64,000 nucleotides of DNA from Candidatus Iainarchaeum sp. (GTDB taxonomy: Archaea > Iainarchaeota > Iainarchaeia > Iainarchaeales > UBA10191), in NCBI GenBank assembly GCA_030649735.1, contig JAUSFL010000044.1, positions 1 through 64,000 on the forward strand, given 5' to 3'. This document shows, piece by piece, positions 49,230 through 59,334 of the stretch. Every line of letters starts with the position of its first letter. The first letter of the stretch is position 1. The position numbers and the translations under genes are program-made. The notes under the pieces are model-generated. The model ran no database searches, was not told the origin of the DNA, and was given only the letters and a program-made list of their open reading frames with translations.

Positions 49230-49335
49230 AATAACTTGGCCTTTGATGTTTATAAGTGGTTGGAGACGCTAGATTTCCACTCGTTGCAATCCCCTCCGCG
49301 CTAGAACGAAACAAAGATTGTTGGGGCTAGCTCTA
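48154..49335 (-). mobile_element. IS200/IS605-family non-autonomous element; left boundary approximate
   Basis: Right-end hairpin AACGGCA-TTT-TGTCGTT then GAGTATGTCAG; further hairpin TTCAGCAC/GTGCTGAA in the omega-RNA region; AT-rich; no tnpA. Confidence 0.7.
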
Positions 49336-49338
49336 AAA

Positions 49339-50136
49339 CTACCAGTTTACTCTTTTACTCATAAATTCATAAAACAAGTAAATTTGGGCAAAGCCTTTAT
49401 ACTCGTGCCATAATTCTTCTGCTTTTTGCAAGTACTGGTCGTTTTTTGCTTCTTTTCCTTGAAAGTAAACTTTGCTCATTGCGCGCTTCATCCAAACATC
49501 CAATGGAAATCCATTAGTGTCGCCAAAGCCATAAAGCAGAATGCATTCTGCAATTTTTTCTCCAATGCCTGGGCAGGAAAGCAGGAATTCTTTCAGTTCT
49601 GCAGAGTTCTTGAATTTCAAATCTCCCCTTTGCAAGACCTTCAGTGTAGTGCCTAACAAGTACTGGTCGCGAAAACCGCACTTTACTTTTCGAAAATCCT
49701 GCACTGTGCATTTTGCAAAGTCTTCAGGCATTGGAAATTCATGCAGGCCTTCCACTTTTGCCCCGTAAGCATTCATTAATTCCTGCACGTTCATTCTGAT
49801 TATTGGAATGCTCCTGTTCGAGCTTAGCAGGAAGCAGACTATTGTTTCCCACAAGTCGCTTTGCGTCAAGCGCAGGCCTTTGTAATCCTTGACTGCCTGC
49901 TTCATGAAAGAGTCTGTTGAAATTTTCGCAAAAACCATTTTGTAATTGTCATTGCTCCGTAAAGTGAACTCTGCAAACTTTGCATTATTGGTTTTCAGTT
50001 TTCCTTGCTCTTGCATTAACTCGACAATTTTTCCATTCCGGGCCCTTTTGAAAACTCCGCGGTCTTCCTGCCAGACAAACTGTGGAGTTTGCCCTGAAAG
50101 CATTGTCAAACCAAGATTCAATGACTTTGGCAGCAT
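49339..50136 (-). CDS. 8-oxoguanine DNA glycosylase (OGG1/HhH-GPD family)
   Basis: TMLSGQ.PQF.W, CPGIGEKIAECILLYG, FPLDVW, GFAQIYLF. Confidence 0.88.
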   Translation of the reverse strand: MLPKSLNLGLTMLSGQTPQFVWQEDRGVFKRARNGKIVELMQEQGKLKTNNAKFAEFTLRSNDNYKMVFAKISTDSFMKQAVKDYKGLRLTQSDLWETIVCFLLSSNRSIPIIRMNVQELMNAYGAKVEGLHEFPMPEDFAKCTVQDFRKVKCGFRDQYLLGTTLKVLQRGDLKFKNSAELKEFLLSCPGIGEKIAECILLYGFGDTNGFPLDVWMKRAMSKVYFQGKEAKNDQYLQKAEELWHEYKGFAQIYLFYEFMSKRVNW

Positions 50137-50170
50137 ATTATTTTTAAGGCTTGCAAAGCAAATTAATGTT

Positions 50171-50683
50171 ATGGGTGGAAAGAAGGCATTGCTTGTTATT
50201 GCTTCACGCAATTTTCGCGATGAGGAATTGTTTGACACTCAAGCCGAGCTTGAGAAATCTGGAGTTCAATGCGTTATTGCCTCGACTTCGCTTTCAGAGG
50301 CTGTCGGAATGCTTGGCGGAAAAGCAAGGCCGGCTTTGACAATTGACAAAATAAATGCTGAAGATTTTGACGCTTTGGTTTTTGTCGGGGGCTCTGGCTC
50401 TGAAACTTTTTTCAAGAACCGCTTTGCCTTGGGATTGTGCCAAAAATTCGCAAATGCCGGAAAAGTCACTGCGGCAATTTGCATTGCTCCGATGGTTTTG
50501 CTTAATGCAGGAGTTCTTAAAGGAAAGAAAGCGACTATTTCCAAGGGAATTTCTGAAGAATTCAAGGAAAAAGGGGCAAATTACTCGGGCAATCCAGTGG
50601 AAGTTGACGGCTTGATTGTCACAGCGCAAGGCCCTAAGGACGCGAAAGAGTTTGGAAAAAGAATCGCGGCTTTTTTGAAGTAA
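50171..50683 (+). CDS. DJ-1/PfpI-family protein
   Basis: FRDEE, FVGGSG, AAICIAP. Confidence 0.93.
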   Translation: MGGKKALLVIASRNFRDEELFDTQAELEKSGVQCVIASTSLSEAVGMLGGKARPALTIDKINAEDFDALVFVGGSGSETFFKNRFALGLCQKFANAGKVTAAICIAPMVLLNAGVLKGKKATISKGISEEFKEKGANYSGNPVEVDGLIVTAQGPKDAKEFGKRIAAFLK

Positions 50684-50697
50684 AAACCAGCGATTTT

Positions 50698-51100
50698 ATG
50701 AGATTCAGATTCTACAAAAGCCCGGATTTTAAGGAATTAATTGCCTTATTGAAAATCAATGGCTCTTTTGACAAGGCGACTGACAGCAAAAGGATTTTCA
50801 GTAAATTAATCAGGCAAAACCCAAAGTCAATAATCCTTGCTGTTGAAGGAAAGCAAAATTGCAGGGTATGTTTTTGCAATTTTCACCCCGTTTGAGTCTT
50901 ACATTCATCATTTGGGAGTTGCTCCGACATTCCAGAGCAAGGGACTTGGAACAATGCTTTTGAAGTTTGCTGAAAAAACCTTGAAACAGGAAGGCGCCAA
51001 AAGAATCAACTTGTTCTGCAGCAAGGACAAGATTGAATATTATAAGGACCGTGGCTGGGTTTTTTTGGAAAACGCGGCTTGCTTTGAAAAATACCCTTGA
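50698..51100 (+). pseudogene. GNAT acetyltransferase split by a one-base frameshift near 50850
   Basis: ORFs 50698..50895 and 50837..51100 join as ...IILAVEG/SKIAGYVF...LGVAPTFQSKGLGT. Confidence 0.75.
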
Positions 51101-51153
51101 AAAAACTTGTTTTTTAACAGTTTCCTTCCACTATTTTTTTGAAAAGAACCGCT

Positions 51154-51226
51154 AGCCCCGTAGTATAGTGGCCAAGTATGCCGGGCTTTGAACCCGTTGA
51201 CGGGAGTCCGAATCTCCCCGGGGCTA
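51154..51226 (+). tRNA. tRNA-Gln(TTG)
   Basis: A1-T72 acceptor stem AGCCCCG/CGGGGCT, anticodon loop CTTTGAA; T-loop reads TCCGAAT. Confidence 0.9.
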
Positions 51227-51290
51227 TTAGCCAAAAGTTAGTAGCCTCTTTCCTCGTTTCTTTTAAAGTCCGAGGAAGGAGGTTATTAAC

Positions 51291-52562
51291 ATGGAAGAAA
51301 ACGTTTTCGACCCGCATGGTTTGACCAAGCGAATGGAAGCAGAATTACGAAAGATTTCCTTGCTTCCAGAACCCAATAAATCTCTAATTCTGGATTTTTT
51401 GCACAATTACAGGTACAAAAAGAAGTCTTTGAGCTTGGCCAGGCGTTGTCGTTTGGCAAGCCAGTTTCACTTTTTTGCCAAGCTTTCAGGAAAGCCTTTG
51501 AATCCTTTTAGAGAACAGGATGCTCGAAGCTTGGTTGGCTTGATTGAAAGGTATGAGAATTCTCGAAAGCCTTATTCTTTGCATACTTGGAAAGAAATCG
51601 TAAAGAATGTTAAGATTTGGGTTAAATGGGTTAATCCTGAAGACTACCCTAACGTTTTGTTGAAGTGTAAAGATGTTTTAACAGTCCAAAACCCTTACTC
51701 AGACCCTAAAAGAAAAGCCAGTCTTGAGGATTTCTTGATTACTGACGAAACCTTCCTGAAGCTTTTGAATGTAGCCAAAGACCAACAAAAAGCCATTCTA
51801 GCCATTGGATTTGGCTGCGGTTCAAGAACTGGAGAGCTCTTGGGTTTGCGTAGAAAAGACTTGAAATTCAATCCTGACGGAACAATATCGCTTTCTTTTC
51901 TTGAAAGCAAAACTTTTCCCCGAGAAAATATTTTATTAAGTCCAGACTTATCCTGTTACGTGCGAGAATGATTTGAAAAAAGCCCGTTGAAAAGCCAGAA
52001 TGACTTCTTTTTCTGCACTGTCAACGGCCCGCCAAAACCACTATCTCAAAACGCTCTTGGAATAATCCTAAAACGCCTGGCTGTCAAAGCCGGCTTAGGA
52101 AAATGGAAGAAAGTCAAGTCAAGCAATGGCATTTGGTATTCTCACTATCAAGGCCAAAGAATCTATTTCACTAAATTCCGGCGTTCTGCAGCAACTTGGG
52201 CTTTAAAAAACTTGAAAAGCCACGCCTTAGCTGGCAAAAGAATCTGGGGTAACGAAGCTTCAAGCATGATTAAAATTTACTCTGGATTAGTTTCTGAAGA
52301 CGCTAACGAAGCTTACAGGGAAGCTTTAGGTTTAGCACAACCAACTCAAGTCGAAAACATTCTGAAGCCTAAAACCTGCTTCAAATGCCATACAATGCTT
52401 TCTCCAACTCAAAGCCTTTGCCCAAACTGTAAAATAGAAACAGACACTTCAAAATTAATAGATACTCAATTACTGAAAGAAGCAGAAATGACAGCCTTAA
52501 GGGAAGAAATGAAAATGCTCCAAACAGCACTAGCGCAAATAACCCTAAAAATGCAAAGTTAG
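51291..52562 (+). pseudogene. Tyrosine recombinase/integrase with C-terminal Zn ribbon, in-frame TGA at 51969-51971
   Basis: Two ORFs in the same frame; GSRTGELL (R), SKT (K), KFRRSAAT (R), KIYS (Y), CFKC...CPNC. Confidence 0.85.
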
Positions 52563-52822
52563 GCACTACGCCGGAACTAAAAAAGCAATAAAAAAGCTTC
52601 AAAAGCTAAGAAAAACAGTAAAAATAATGATTGCGCCAATCAAAGCAAAATAATGTTACAAAAAAAGGAATACGAGCTGAAAGAAACAACCTATTGGTTG
52701 AAAGGAGGGAAAATCCAGCTAAAAATTTCCCCCGAATAAAAGATTATTCTTAGAGTGTGGATCCAAATCAATAAGCTCGCTCATTAAATCTTCAATTTTT
52801 TTGACAATCATTTTCAAGATTA

Positions 52823-53728
52823 TTATTGATTCCATTTCCTTTGCGTTTCTATTTTAGCGTGTAGTTTAAACTTTTTTCTGAATTGATTAATTTTTTCTTG
52901 AAAATCTTTTGGGTAGGTCTTAGATTTCTCGTTGAATAAAAATTTTAAATATCCTACTTTTTGTGGATTTACTCCTATTAATTGGGCCAGTGTAAAGTCA
53001 CACATGAATGGGTTATCGGATGCTAGCGCCCAATTGCAATTTATTTTGGTTCCAAACAGCGGTCCATTCCCCTCCATGCCTAGATAGCCATCAATTATTG
53101 AATAATTTGGATACGCTTTCTTGATTAAACTGGCCAAATTATAATGAATTAATTTAATACTTTGCAAGTATTCTTTTCCTTTTAAGGTGTGTTTTCTCAA
53201 GCCATGAATTTTCACTCGATCTTCTGGTTTGATTAATGGCATTACAAAGTTTTTGGTTGAACTTGTCATAATAGCGTAATCATGTGACTTTGGAACTGTC
53301 ATTGATATCAAAATATCATAATCTAGAAAAGTCCGATTAATTCTAACTTTATCCCACCCATAAATGGTTTTAACTGGGTGGGAGAAATATTCTGAGTCCA
53401 AATTTAGATCAACAAAAGATGCTCCGTGTTTTTGAATGATGTCCCAAACGCCAAATTTTTTGAGTGTTGATTTGGTAGTAAGCCCTTGTTGCCAGGACTC
53501 GCCGCTTCCTTCAGCCACTGTAATTTTAGATGGGTGGTGTTCTGTTAAGATTTGTAAAACAGTGTCTAGCGATTCTGCAGAGGTATCTGCTAGTTGGGTA
53601 TTGCAAGAAGTAAAATTTGGTTTTATAAAAATAGATTTATCCCGTATTTTGTCGTCTGAGAATAGTTTTGGAACTATTGAACGTATGTTTTCAACTCTGT
53701 TTTTGCCGCCAGTCAACAAAATTTTCAT
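52823..53728 (-). CDS. DUF362-domain protein
   Basis: IKPNF, VAEGSG, VPKSH, IIDGYLGMEGNGP..G. Confidence 0.85.
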   Translation of the reverse strand: MKILLTGGKNRVENIRSIVPKLFSDDKIRDKSIFIKPNFTSCNTQLADTSAESLDTVLQILTEHHPSKITVAEGSGESWQQGLTTKSTLKKFGVWDIIQKHGASFVDLNLDSEYFSHPVKTIYGWDKVRINRTFLDYDILISMTVPKSHDYAIMTSSTKNFVMPLIKPEDRVKIHGLRKHTLKGKEYLQSIKLIHYNLASLIKKAYPNYSIIDGYLGMEGNGPLFGTKINCNWALASDNPFMCDFTLAQLIGVNPQKVGYLKFLFNEKSKTYPKDFQEKINQFRKKFKLHAKIETQRKWNQ

Positions 53729-54408
53729 GCATTCACTTTAATTAATTTTGGGTGGTTATAATTTGCATTGTTTATAACTAAATTGGCTGCTTTTTTTGGG
53801 TGGTTTTTTCTAAGGTACCATTGTTGGGCTGGTTTGTGCCAATGGTTCCACCGAAATATTACTTCTTTTCTGGAAATTTTTCTCACAATTGGCTCTCTTT
53901 TAAGTTGCCGTTCAAACGAGCATGAAAATGGAATGTCTAAAAAAATTCTGAACGCCGGTATCTTGCTAAATTCCTTTTTTGATAGAAAAACGCCCTCAAC
54001 GATTAAAATTGATTCTTTTTTGACTTGTATTTTTTCCTTTTTTTTCTTGGTTTTATTGTTAAATATTAAGGATTCTTTTTCTAGTTTGCCTTTCTGAATG
54101 AATGTTGTTAGAATTTTTTTTATGGTTATAAAATCAAACCATTGGCTATAATATGCTTTCCAGGAAGATTTTCCGTTTCTGATTCTCTTGGTTTCGGTTT
54201 TCAAAAAGTCATCCACCCGTAATTGGGTGGATTTTATCGCCTTGCTGTAAAGGCTTTTTTTTAGATTGCGGGCAAAGTATGTTTTTCCGGATGCGTCTAT
54301 TCCGTCCACAAAAATAATGGTTTTCCCACTCTTCAAAAATGAGTTTACTACCATTGTCATTATTGAATCTGTTTTCCTATTTGGCCAATTCTGTTGGGGC
54401 ATAGACAT
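53725..54408 (-). CDS. Uridine-kinase-like P-loop kinase
   Basis: VDGIDASGKT, VDDF, LIVEGVFL. Confidence 0.8.
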   Translation of the reverse strand: MSMPQQNWPNRKTDSIMTMVVNSFLKSGKTIIFVDGIDASGKTYFARNLKKSLYSKAIKSTQLRVDDFLKTETKRIRNGKSSWKAYYSQWFDFITIKKILTTFIQKGKLEKESLIFNNKTKKKKEKIQVKKESILIVEGVFLSKKEFSKIPAFRIFLDIPFSCSFERQLKREPIVRKISRKEVIFRWNHWHKPAQQWYLRKNHPKKAANLVINNANYNHPKLIKVNA

Positions 54409-54454
54409 TTAAAGAATATAATCATTAATAAAAGCTTCCGAATTGAATGATTCT

Positions 54455-55786
54455 ATGCAAAAAAGATTGACGGAGAAAATCATACAAGTTGTTCTGAAAG
54501 ATTTGATTCATCAGCCCACCAATAGTAAAAGCCGCGCTGAATTGATTTTAGACTGCTTGTTTGAAGGAAGAAAGGGGATTAGCTGGGATTTTCGTTGCGA
54601 TTTGTATTTCTTTTTTCTGAAAACGATTGTTACTAAAATGATGAAAGAGAACCGGGAGCTCATTGATACTGTGAAAAAAGGTTACTGCGATTATTCTATT
54701 TTTAAAAAAGCGCTTAACAAGGCCCTCAAACTTTATCTTACCAGTATTGTGGAATATGGAATCACAACTCCCCAAAAATTTAGCTTTCCATTCCTTGTGG
54801 AATTTGAACTCACTAATAAGTGCAATTTGGCGTGTAAACATTGTTATGCAAATGCTGGTAAAGAGCTGGCTGATGAAATTAATACTCAAGAAGCAAAAGA
54901 AATCCTTAACCAGCTAAACAATATAGGTGTTCCAATAGTCTGTTTCACTGGCGGAGAGCCCTTTCTAAGGGCAGACTTCTTTGAATTACTTGAACACTCT
55001 AATAAAATAGGCCTCTTGACTGTTATAACTAGTAATGGAACCTTGATTACAAAGGAAAGTGCAGCCAGACTCAAAGAATTGCAAGTGGAATATATTAGAA
55101 TCAGCTTGGACAGTGCAACCCCTAAAACGCACGATTGGCTAAGGGGAATGCCAGGAGCCTACGAGCAAACCATTCAAGGAATAAAAAATTCTATCCAAGC
55201 TGGAATCAAAACCGGAGTCACTACAGTTTTGATTCAAGAAAACTCGTCAGAAATGGAACAAATGATAGAACTTTTGAGCCAATTAGGGTGTTCAGATTTT
55301 ACTGTGTGCAGGTTGTTTCCATTAGGTAAAGGAAGTTCGTTGCAAAATAGTTTGCTTAACAAAGAAGAATTGAGTAAAGTGGAATCTCGCATTTCGGCAA
55401 AAGCAAAAGAGCACCCTAATCTTTTGATGAATCCTTTGACGCTGGAAGGCAGAATCCATTCAAAAAAAGACATGCTACGGAAAATAACAGACATGATTGG
55501 AGGCTGCCCTGCCGGATTAAACGTATGCGCCATTACTCCTAAAGGGGAAATAAAGCCTTGCGCGCTAATGTCTATAACCGCGGGGGATTTTAAAAAACAA
55601 AAGTTTGAAGAAGTCTGGAAAAACAGTCGGTTATTTAATGAACTTCGGGATCGCTCGCTGCTTAAAGGAAAATGTTCCGCTTGCGAATTCAAATTTTCGT
55701 GCGGTGGTTGTCGTGCAACCGCATATGGTTATACTGGAGATTACCTTGAGACAGACCCCATCACATGCATGTTACGTATAAAATGA
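54455..55786 (+). CDS. Radical SAM/SPASM protein (paralog 1)
   Basis: CNLACKHC, TGGEP, SPASM CPAG...PC...CxxC...CGGCRA. Confidence 0.92.
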   Translation: MQKRLTEKIIQVVLKDLIHQPTNSKSRAELILDCLFEGRKGISWDFRCDLYFFFLKTIVTKMMKENRELIDTVKKGYCDYSIFKKALNKALKLYLTSIVEYGITTPQKFSFPFLVEFELTNKCNLACKHCYANAGKELADEINTQEAKEILNQLNNIGVPIVCFTGGEPFLRADFFELLEHSNKIGLLTVITSNGTLITKESAARLKELQVEYIRISLDSATPKTHDWLRGMPGAYEQTIQGIKNSIQAGIKTGVTTVLIQENSSEMEQMIELLSQLGCSDFTVCRLFPLGKGSSLQNSLLNKEELSKVESRISAKAKEHPNLLMNPLTLEGRIHSKKDMLRKITDMIGGCPAGLNVCAITPKGEIKPCALMSITAGDFKKQKFEEVWKNSRLFNELRDRSLLKGKCSACEFKFSCGGCRATAYGYTGDYLETDPITCMLRIK

Positions 55787-55807
55787 CTCCGCTAATGGGA
55801 TGATAAT

Positions 55808-57160
55808 GTGAAAAGAATACAGAACCTGATTGGAAGCGCTATAATCAAATCCGCGTTATTTGATTTGTCCAAACCAATAGGGGTTTTAAAGAAAAGCCGT
55901 GCTGAACTCATTTTAGACAGACTCTTTGAAGAAAAAAAAGAGATTGATTGGGACATTAAATGCCGAATTTATTTTTTTCTCTTGAATCAAATAATGGCTA
56001 AAATGATTAAAGAAAATAAGATCACGATGCAAACTGCAAAGAAGTTTTTTCAGGATTACCCTATTTTTAGAAGAATACTCAATAAAACGCTTAAACTATT
56101 TCTTCAGAGCATAACTGAATACGGGATTACTATGCCGCAAAAACTTAGTGCGCCATTATTGGTAGAATTTGAGTTGACTAATAAATGTAATCTTGCATGC
56201 AAACACTGTTATGCAAATTCTGGAAGCAAATTTGCAAAAGAACTGGATTTAAGAGAAGTAAAAGAAATCCTGAACCAAATCAACCAAGCCGGCGTTCCTT
56301 TAGTGTGCTTTACTGGCGGCGAACCACTTCTAAGGCCGGACTTCTTTGACATTTTGAGCCATGCTAAGCGCATTGGTCTTGTTACTATTGTTACAACCAA
56401 TGGGACTCTAATCACAAAAGAAAAGGCCAGAAAGTTCAAAGAGCTTGGAACAGATTATATCCGCATTAGTTTGGATGGGGCAAGTATAAAAACACATGAT
56501 TGGCTGCGTGGAATTCCTGGCGCGTATAAAAGAACCGTTCAAGGAATCAGAAATTCCATTGAAGCAGGAAACAAAACCGGAATAGGCACAGTTCTAATTC
56601 AAGAAAACGTGCATGAACTTGAAAACTTGATTGATCTGGCAGCTCAATTAGGTTGCACTGACATAAACGCAATTCCGCTCATTGAAAGCGGTCGGGCAAA
56701 AAGCACTTTGAATAAAGAGATTCATGAAATGAGCAATGAACAAAAAAAGAAAAACGAAGAGTTGATAGTTGCAAAAGCCAAAGAATATGAGGGAAAAATG
56801 CTGCTTAATTTTTTGGATTTAGATCATATTCGCAGGGTAAAAGGTTCATCAAAGCATTTTGTTGGTTGGGCTCAAGGTGGTTGCGCTGCAGGGCGAACAG
56901 TTTGTGTCATAAACCCCAATGGAGAAATTCGGCCATGTATCACTCTTAGATTGAATGTCGGAAGCCTGCAAAAACAAAAGTTTGTAAAGATTTGGAAAAA
57001 TTCCAAAATAATGGAAGAACTTAAAAACCGTTCTCTTGTAAAAGGAAGTTGCGGCAAATGTGAATCCAAGTATACTTGTGGGGGATGCCGCGCTGCAGCT
57101 TATGATAAATTTGGGGATTATCTTGAATCAGACCCTGGTTGCTATGTGCGATACTTTTGA
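55808..57160 (+). CDS. Radical SAM/SPASM protein (paralog 2)
   Basis: CNLACKHC, TGGEP, CAAG...PC...CGKC...CGGCRA; shares SRAELILD N-terminal domain with paralog 1. Confidence 0.92.
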   Translation: MKRIQNLIGSAIIKSALFDLSKPIGVLKKSRAELILDRLFEEKKEIDWDIKCRIYFFLLNQIMAKMIKENKITMQTAKKFFQDYPIFRRILNKTLKLFLQSITEYGITMPQKLSAPLLVEFELTNKCNLACKHCYANSGSKFAKELDLREVKEILNQINQAGVPLVCFTGGEPLLRPDFFDILSHAKRIGLVTIVTTNGTLITKEKARKFKELGTDYIRISLDGASIKTHDWLRGIPGAYKRTVQGIRNSIEAGNKTGIGTVLIQENVHELENLIDLAAQLGCTDINAIPLIESGRAKSTLNKEIHEMSNEQKKKNEELIVAKAKEYEGKMLLNFLDLDHIRRVKGSSKHFVGWAQGGCAAGRTVCVINPNGEIRPCITLRLNVGSLQKQKFVKIWKNSKIMEELKNRSLVKGSCGKCESKYTCGGCRAAAYDKFGDYLESDPGCYVRYF

Positions 57161-57182
57161 GATTGGGAAAAAGCGTGATTGA

Positions 57183-58397
57183 ATGGAATTATATATTGAA
57201 AGAGCAAAAGGAGTTTGGCTATACGGCCAGAATAATGAAAAGTATTTGGACGCGTGTGCTGGGACGTTTAACATAATTCTTGGGCATGGGGAAGAACGAG
57301 TAATGGACGCCGTCCAAGAACAATTGGGTAAAATGGTTCAATATTCTTCTTCTTGGAAAAGCCATTTAGTTGAAGATTTCTCAGCAAACCTTTTGTCAAT
57401 ATCTCCAAAAAATTTGGACTCCTGTTTTTGTAAAGTTACTGGGGGAAGTACTGCAAACGAAGTGGCCATTAGAATGTTGGCAAAAAATTTAAATAGAAAA
57501 AAAGTGATCTTGATGGAAGGCAGCCATCATGGGAATACAATTTTTCTTTCAAACAATCAATCTGTTTTGAATGAAAATAATAAAATCTTTGTGAAAATGC
57601 CTAAACTTTCCTTTCCATCCATGTCTAGCATGAATGATTCGGCATGGGCAAAATCCGCTGCTGATTTGGACTTTTTATTTAAAAAACACTCAAAAGAAGC
57701 GGCTTGTTTCATAATTGAACCAATTCAAGGCCGAGGTGGAAATCTTGTACCCCCAAAGTCATTTTTTAAAACGGTTTCAGAATCAGCTTCAAGGTATAGT
57801 ATACCCATAATTGCCGATGAAGTGCAAGTGGGTGTTGGCCGAACTGGAAAGTTTTTTGGAAGTGAAGCTGTTGGCTTGTTACAACCAGATGTAATTGTCT
57901 TGGCCAAAGGAATCACTGGGTGTGGTTTTCCTTTAGGCGTAATTTTATATGACTCAACGTATGGAAAATTGGAATCAGCAAAAGACGGTTTTACTTTTGG
58001 ATCCAATCTAGTTTCAGTTGCGGCAGCCAAAAAAACAGTGGAAATAGTGAGCGATCCAAAGTTTTTGCAGGAAATCCAATTTAAAGGAGAATATTTGCGA
58101 GCCAAGCTTGAAAAGCTGCAACTTGAGCACAATTCTTTGGAAGATATTCGCGGCATTGGGTTGTTTTTTGGCATAAAACTGAAGTCTGGAAAAGAATTTC
58201 CAAGCACTGAACGCATGATTGCAGTTCTTGCTAAAAATGGGGTAATCTGCCGGTCAAGCGAAAACGTTCTTAAAATTAGACCGCCCCTTGTAATAACTTT
58301 GGAACAAATTGATTTTTTATGTAAATCATTGGAGGTGGCTCTGAATGAAACAGAAAGAAAAACTAAATTGGCAAATGGAATTCTTGCGCATGGGTAA
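57183..58397 (+). CDS. Class III PLP aminotransferase
   Basis: GSTANEVA, HHG, IIEPIQG, IADEVQVGVGRTG, LAKG. Confidence 0.93.
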   Translation: MELYIERAKGVWLYGQNNEKYLDACAGTFNIILGHGEERVMDAVQEQLGKMVQYSSSWKSHLVEDFSANLLSISPKNLDSCFCKVTGGSTANEVAIRMLAKNLNRKKVILMEGSHHGNTIFLSNNQSVLNENNKIFVKMPKLSFPSMSSMNDSAWAKSAADLDFLFKKHSKEAACFIIEPIQGRGGNLVPPKSFFKTVSESASRYSIPIIADEVQVGVGRTGKFFGSEAVGLLQPDVIVLAKGITGCGFPLGVILYDSTYGKLESAKDGFTFGSNLVSVAAAKKTVEIVSDPKFLQEIQFKGEYLRAKLEKLQLEHNSLEDIRGIGLFFGIKLKSGKEFPSTERMIAVLAKNGVICRSSENVLKIRPPLVITLEQIDFLCKSLEVALNETERKTKLANGILAHG

Positions 58398-59334
58398 ACT
58401 CCTTCGAAAAGAAATCACTTCATTGAAACAGTTTAACGAACGGCAAAAAATTTCTGGAATTAGCAAATCAGGAGATCCCCAATTTAAAGTGGATAATATT
58501 GCTGAAAACTTTCTTTTAAAACAAATAAAAAAGATTTCCAAAAAAACAAGCATTGCTTATTTTTCAGAAGATAAAGGCCTTGTTCGTTTTGCAAAAAACC
58601 CAGAGTATTTGCTGATTTGCGACCCAATTGATGGATCAAGACCGTTCTCAGCTGGTTTTGAGTCAAATAACTTTTCGATTGCACTTGCAGAAACAAATGG
58701 TAAAGACCCCACGGATTTAACATTTGCTCAAATAGTCTCGGGTTTTTTATTGGAACTGAAAACCGGAGAATATCTTTTTGCGGAAAAAGGAAAAGGAGTT
58801 ATTCAAAACGGAGCTAAATTTCAACCTAAACCCACTCGTTTTAATAGCAATAACTTGAACCAATTGTTTTGGAGTTTTGAATTCAATGGAACCCCCTCAA
58901 GAATTGTTCATGAAATACTGGGTGATTTGATTGATACTTCAGCAAATAAGGGGGGCATTTTTGTTTTCAATTCTGGAAGTTATTCAATTTCAAGAGTGAT
59001 TACTGGCCAACTTCACGCATATATTGACATTGGAAATTTGGTTTTGAAGAAATTTCCCGAACTTGAAAAAGAATTCAAATCTGTAGGTTCGGGATCAATT
59101 CTGCACTTGTTCCCGTATGACATTGCAGCCTCCTACATTATTGCAAAAGAAGCGCACATAAGCATTGCAGATGCTGCAGGAAATTCATTGGAATCTCTTT
59201 CCCTAACAGATTTATCTGCACAAAATCAAACTTCTTGCGTATGCGCGCTGAATGAAAAGCTATCCAAGAAACTAATTAACGAGATTTCTGTAAACCTAGA
59301 AAAAAAACGAAAACAAATCGCTGAAGAACAGTGA
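58345..59334 (+). CDS. Inositol monophosphatase / FIG-superfamily phosphatase
   Basis: FSED, CDPIDGS, YDIAAS; start may be slightly downstream. Confidence 0.85.
   Translation: MKQKEKLNWQMEFLRMGKLLRKEITSLKQFNERQKISGISKSGDPQFKVDNIAENFLLKQIKKISKKTSIAYFSEDKGLVRFAKNPEYLLICDPIDGSRPFSAGFESNNFSIALAETNGKDPTDLTFAQIVSGFLLELKTGEYLFAEKGKGVIQNGAKFQPKPTRFNSNNLNQLFWSFEFNGTPSRIVHEILGDLIDTSANKGGIFVFNSGSYSISRVITGQLHAYIDIGNLVLKKFPELEKEFKSVGSGSILHLFPYDIAASYIIAKEAHISIADAAGNSLESLSLTDLSAQNQTSCVCALNEKLSKKLINEISVNLEKKRKQIAEEQ

Noticed and set aside
49325-49338. GTTTTAGAGCTAG on the minus strand resembling the SpCas9 repeat/sgRNA start
   Set aside because: Single short match with no cas9 or array; likely chance
49946-50238. 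Long overlap between ogg and PfpI ORFs
   Set aside because: Artefact of longest-ORF starts; likely starts are 50136 (-) and 50171 (+)
51969-51971. Genome-wide TGA recoding or selenocysteine
   Set aside because: Core genes (hom, feoB, lig) end in TGA; the site fits a TGG-to-TGA mutation
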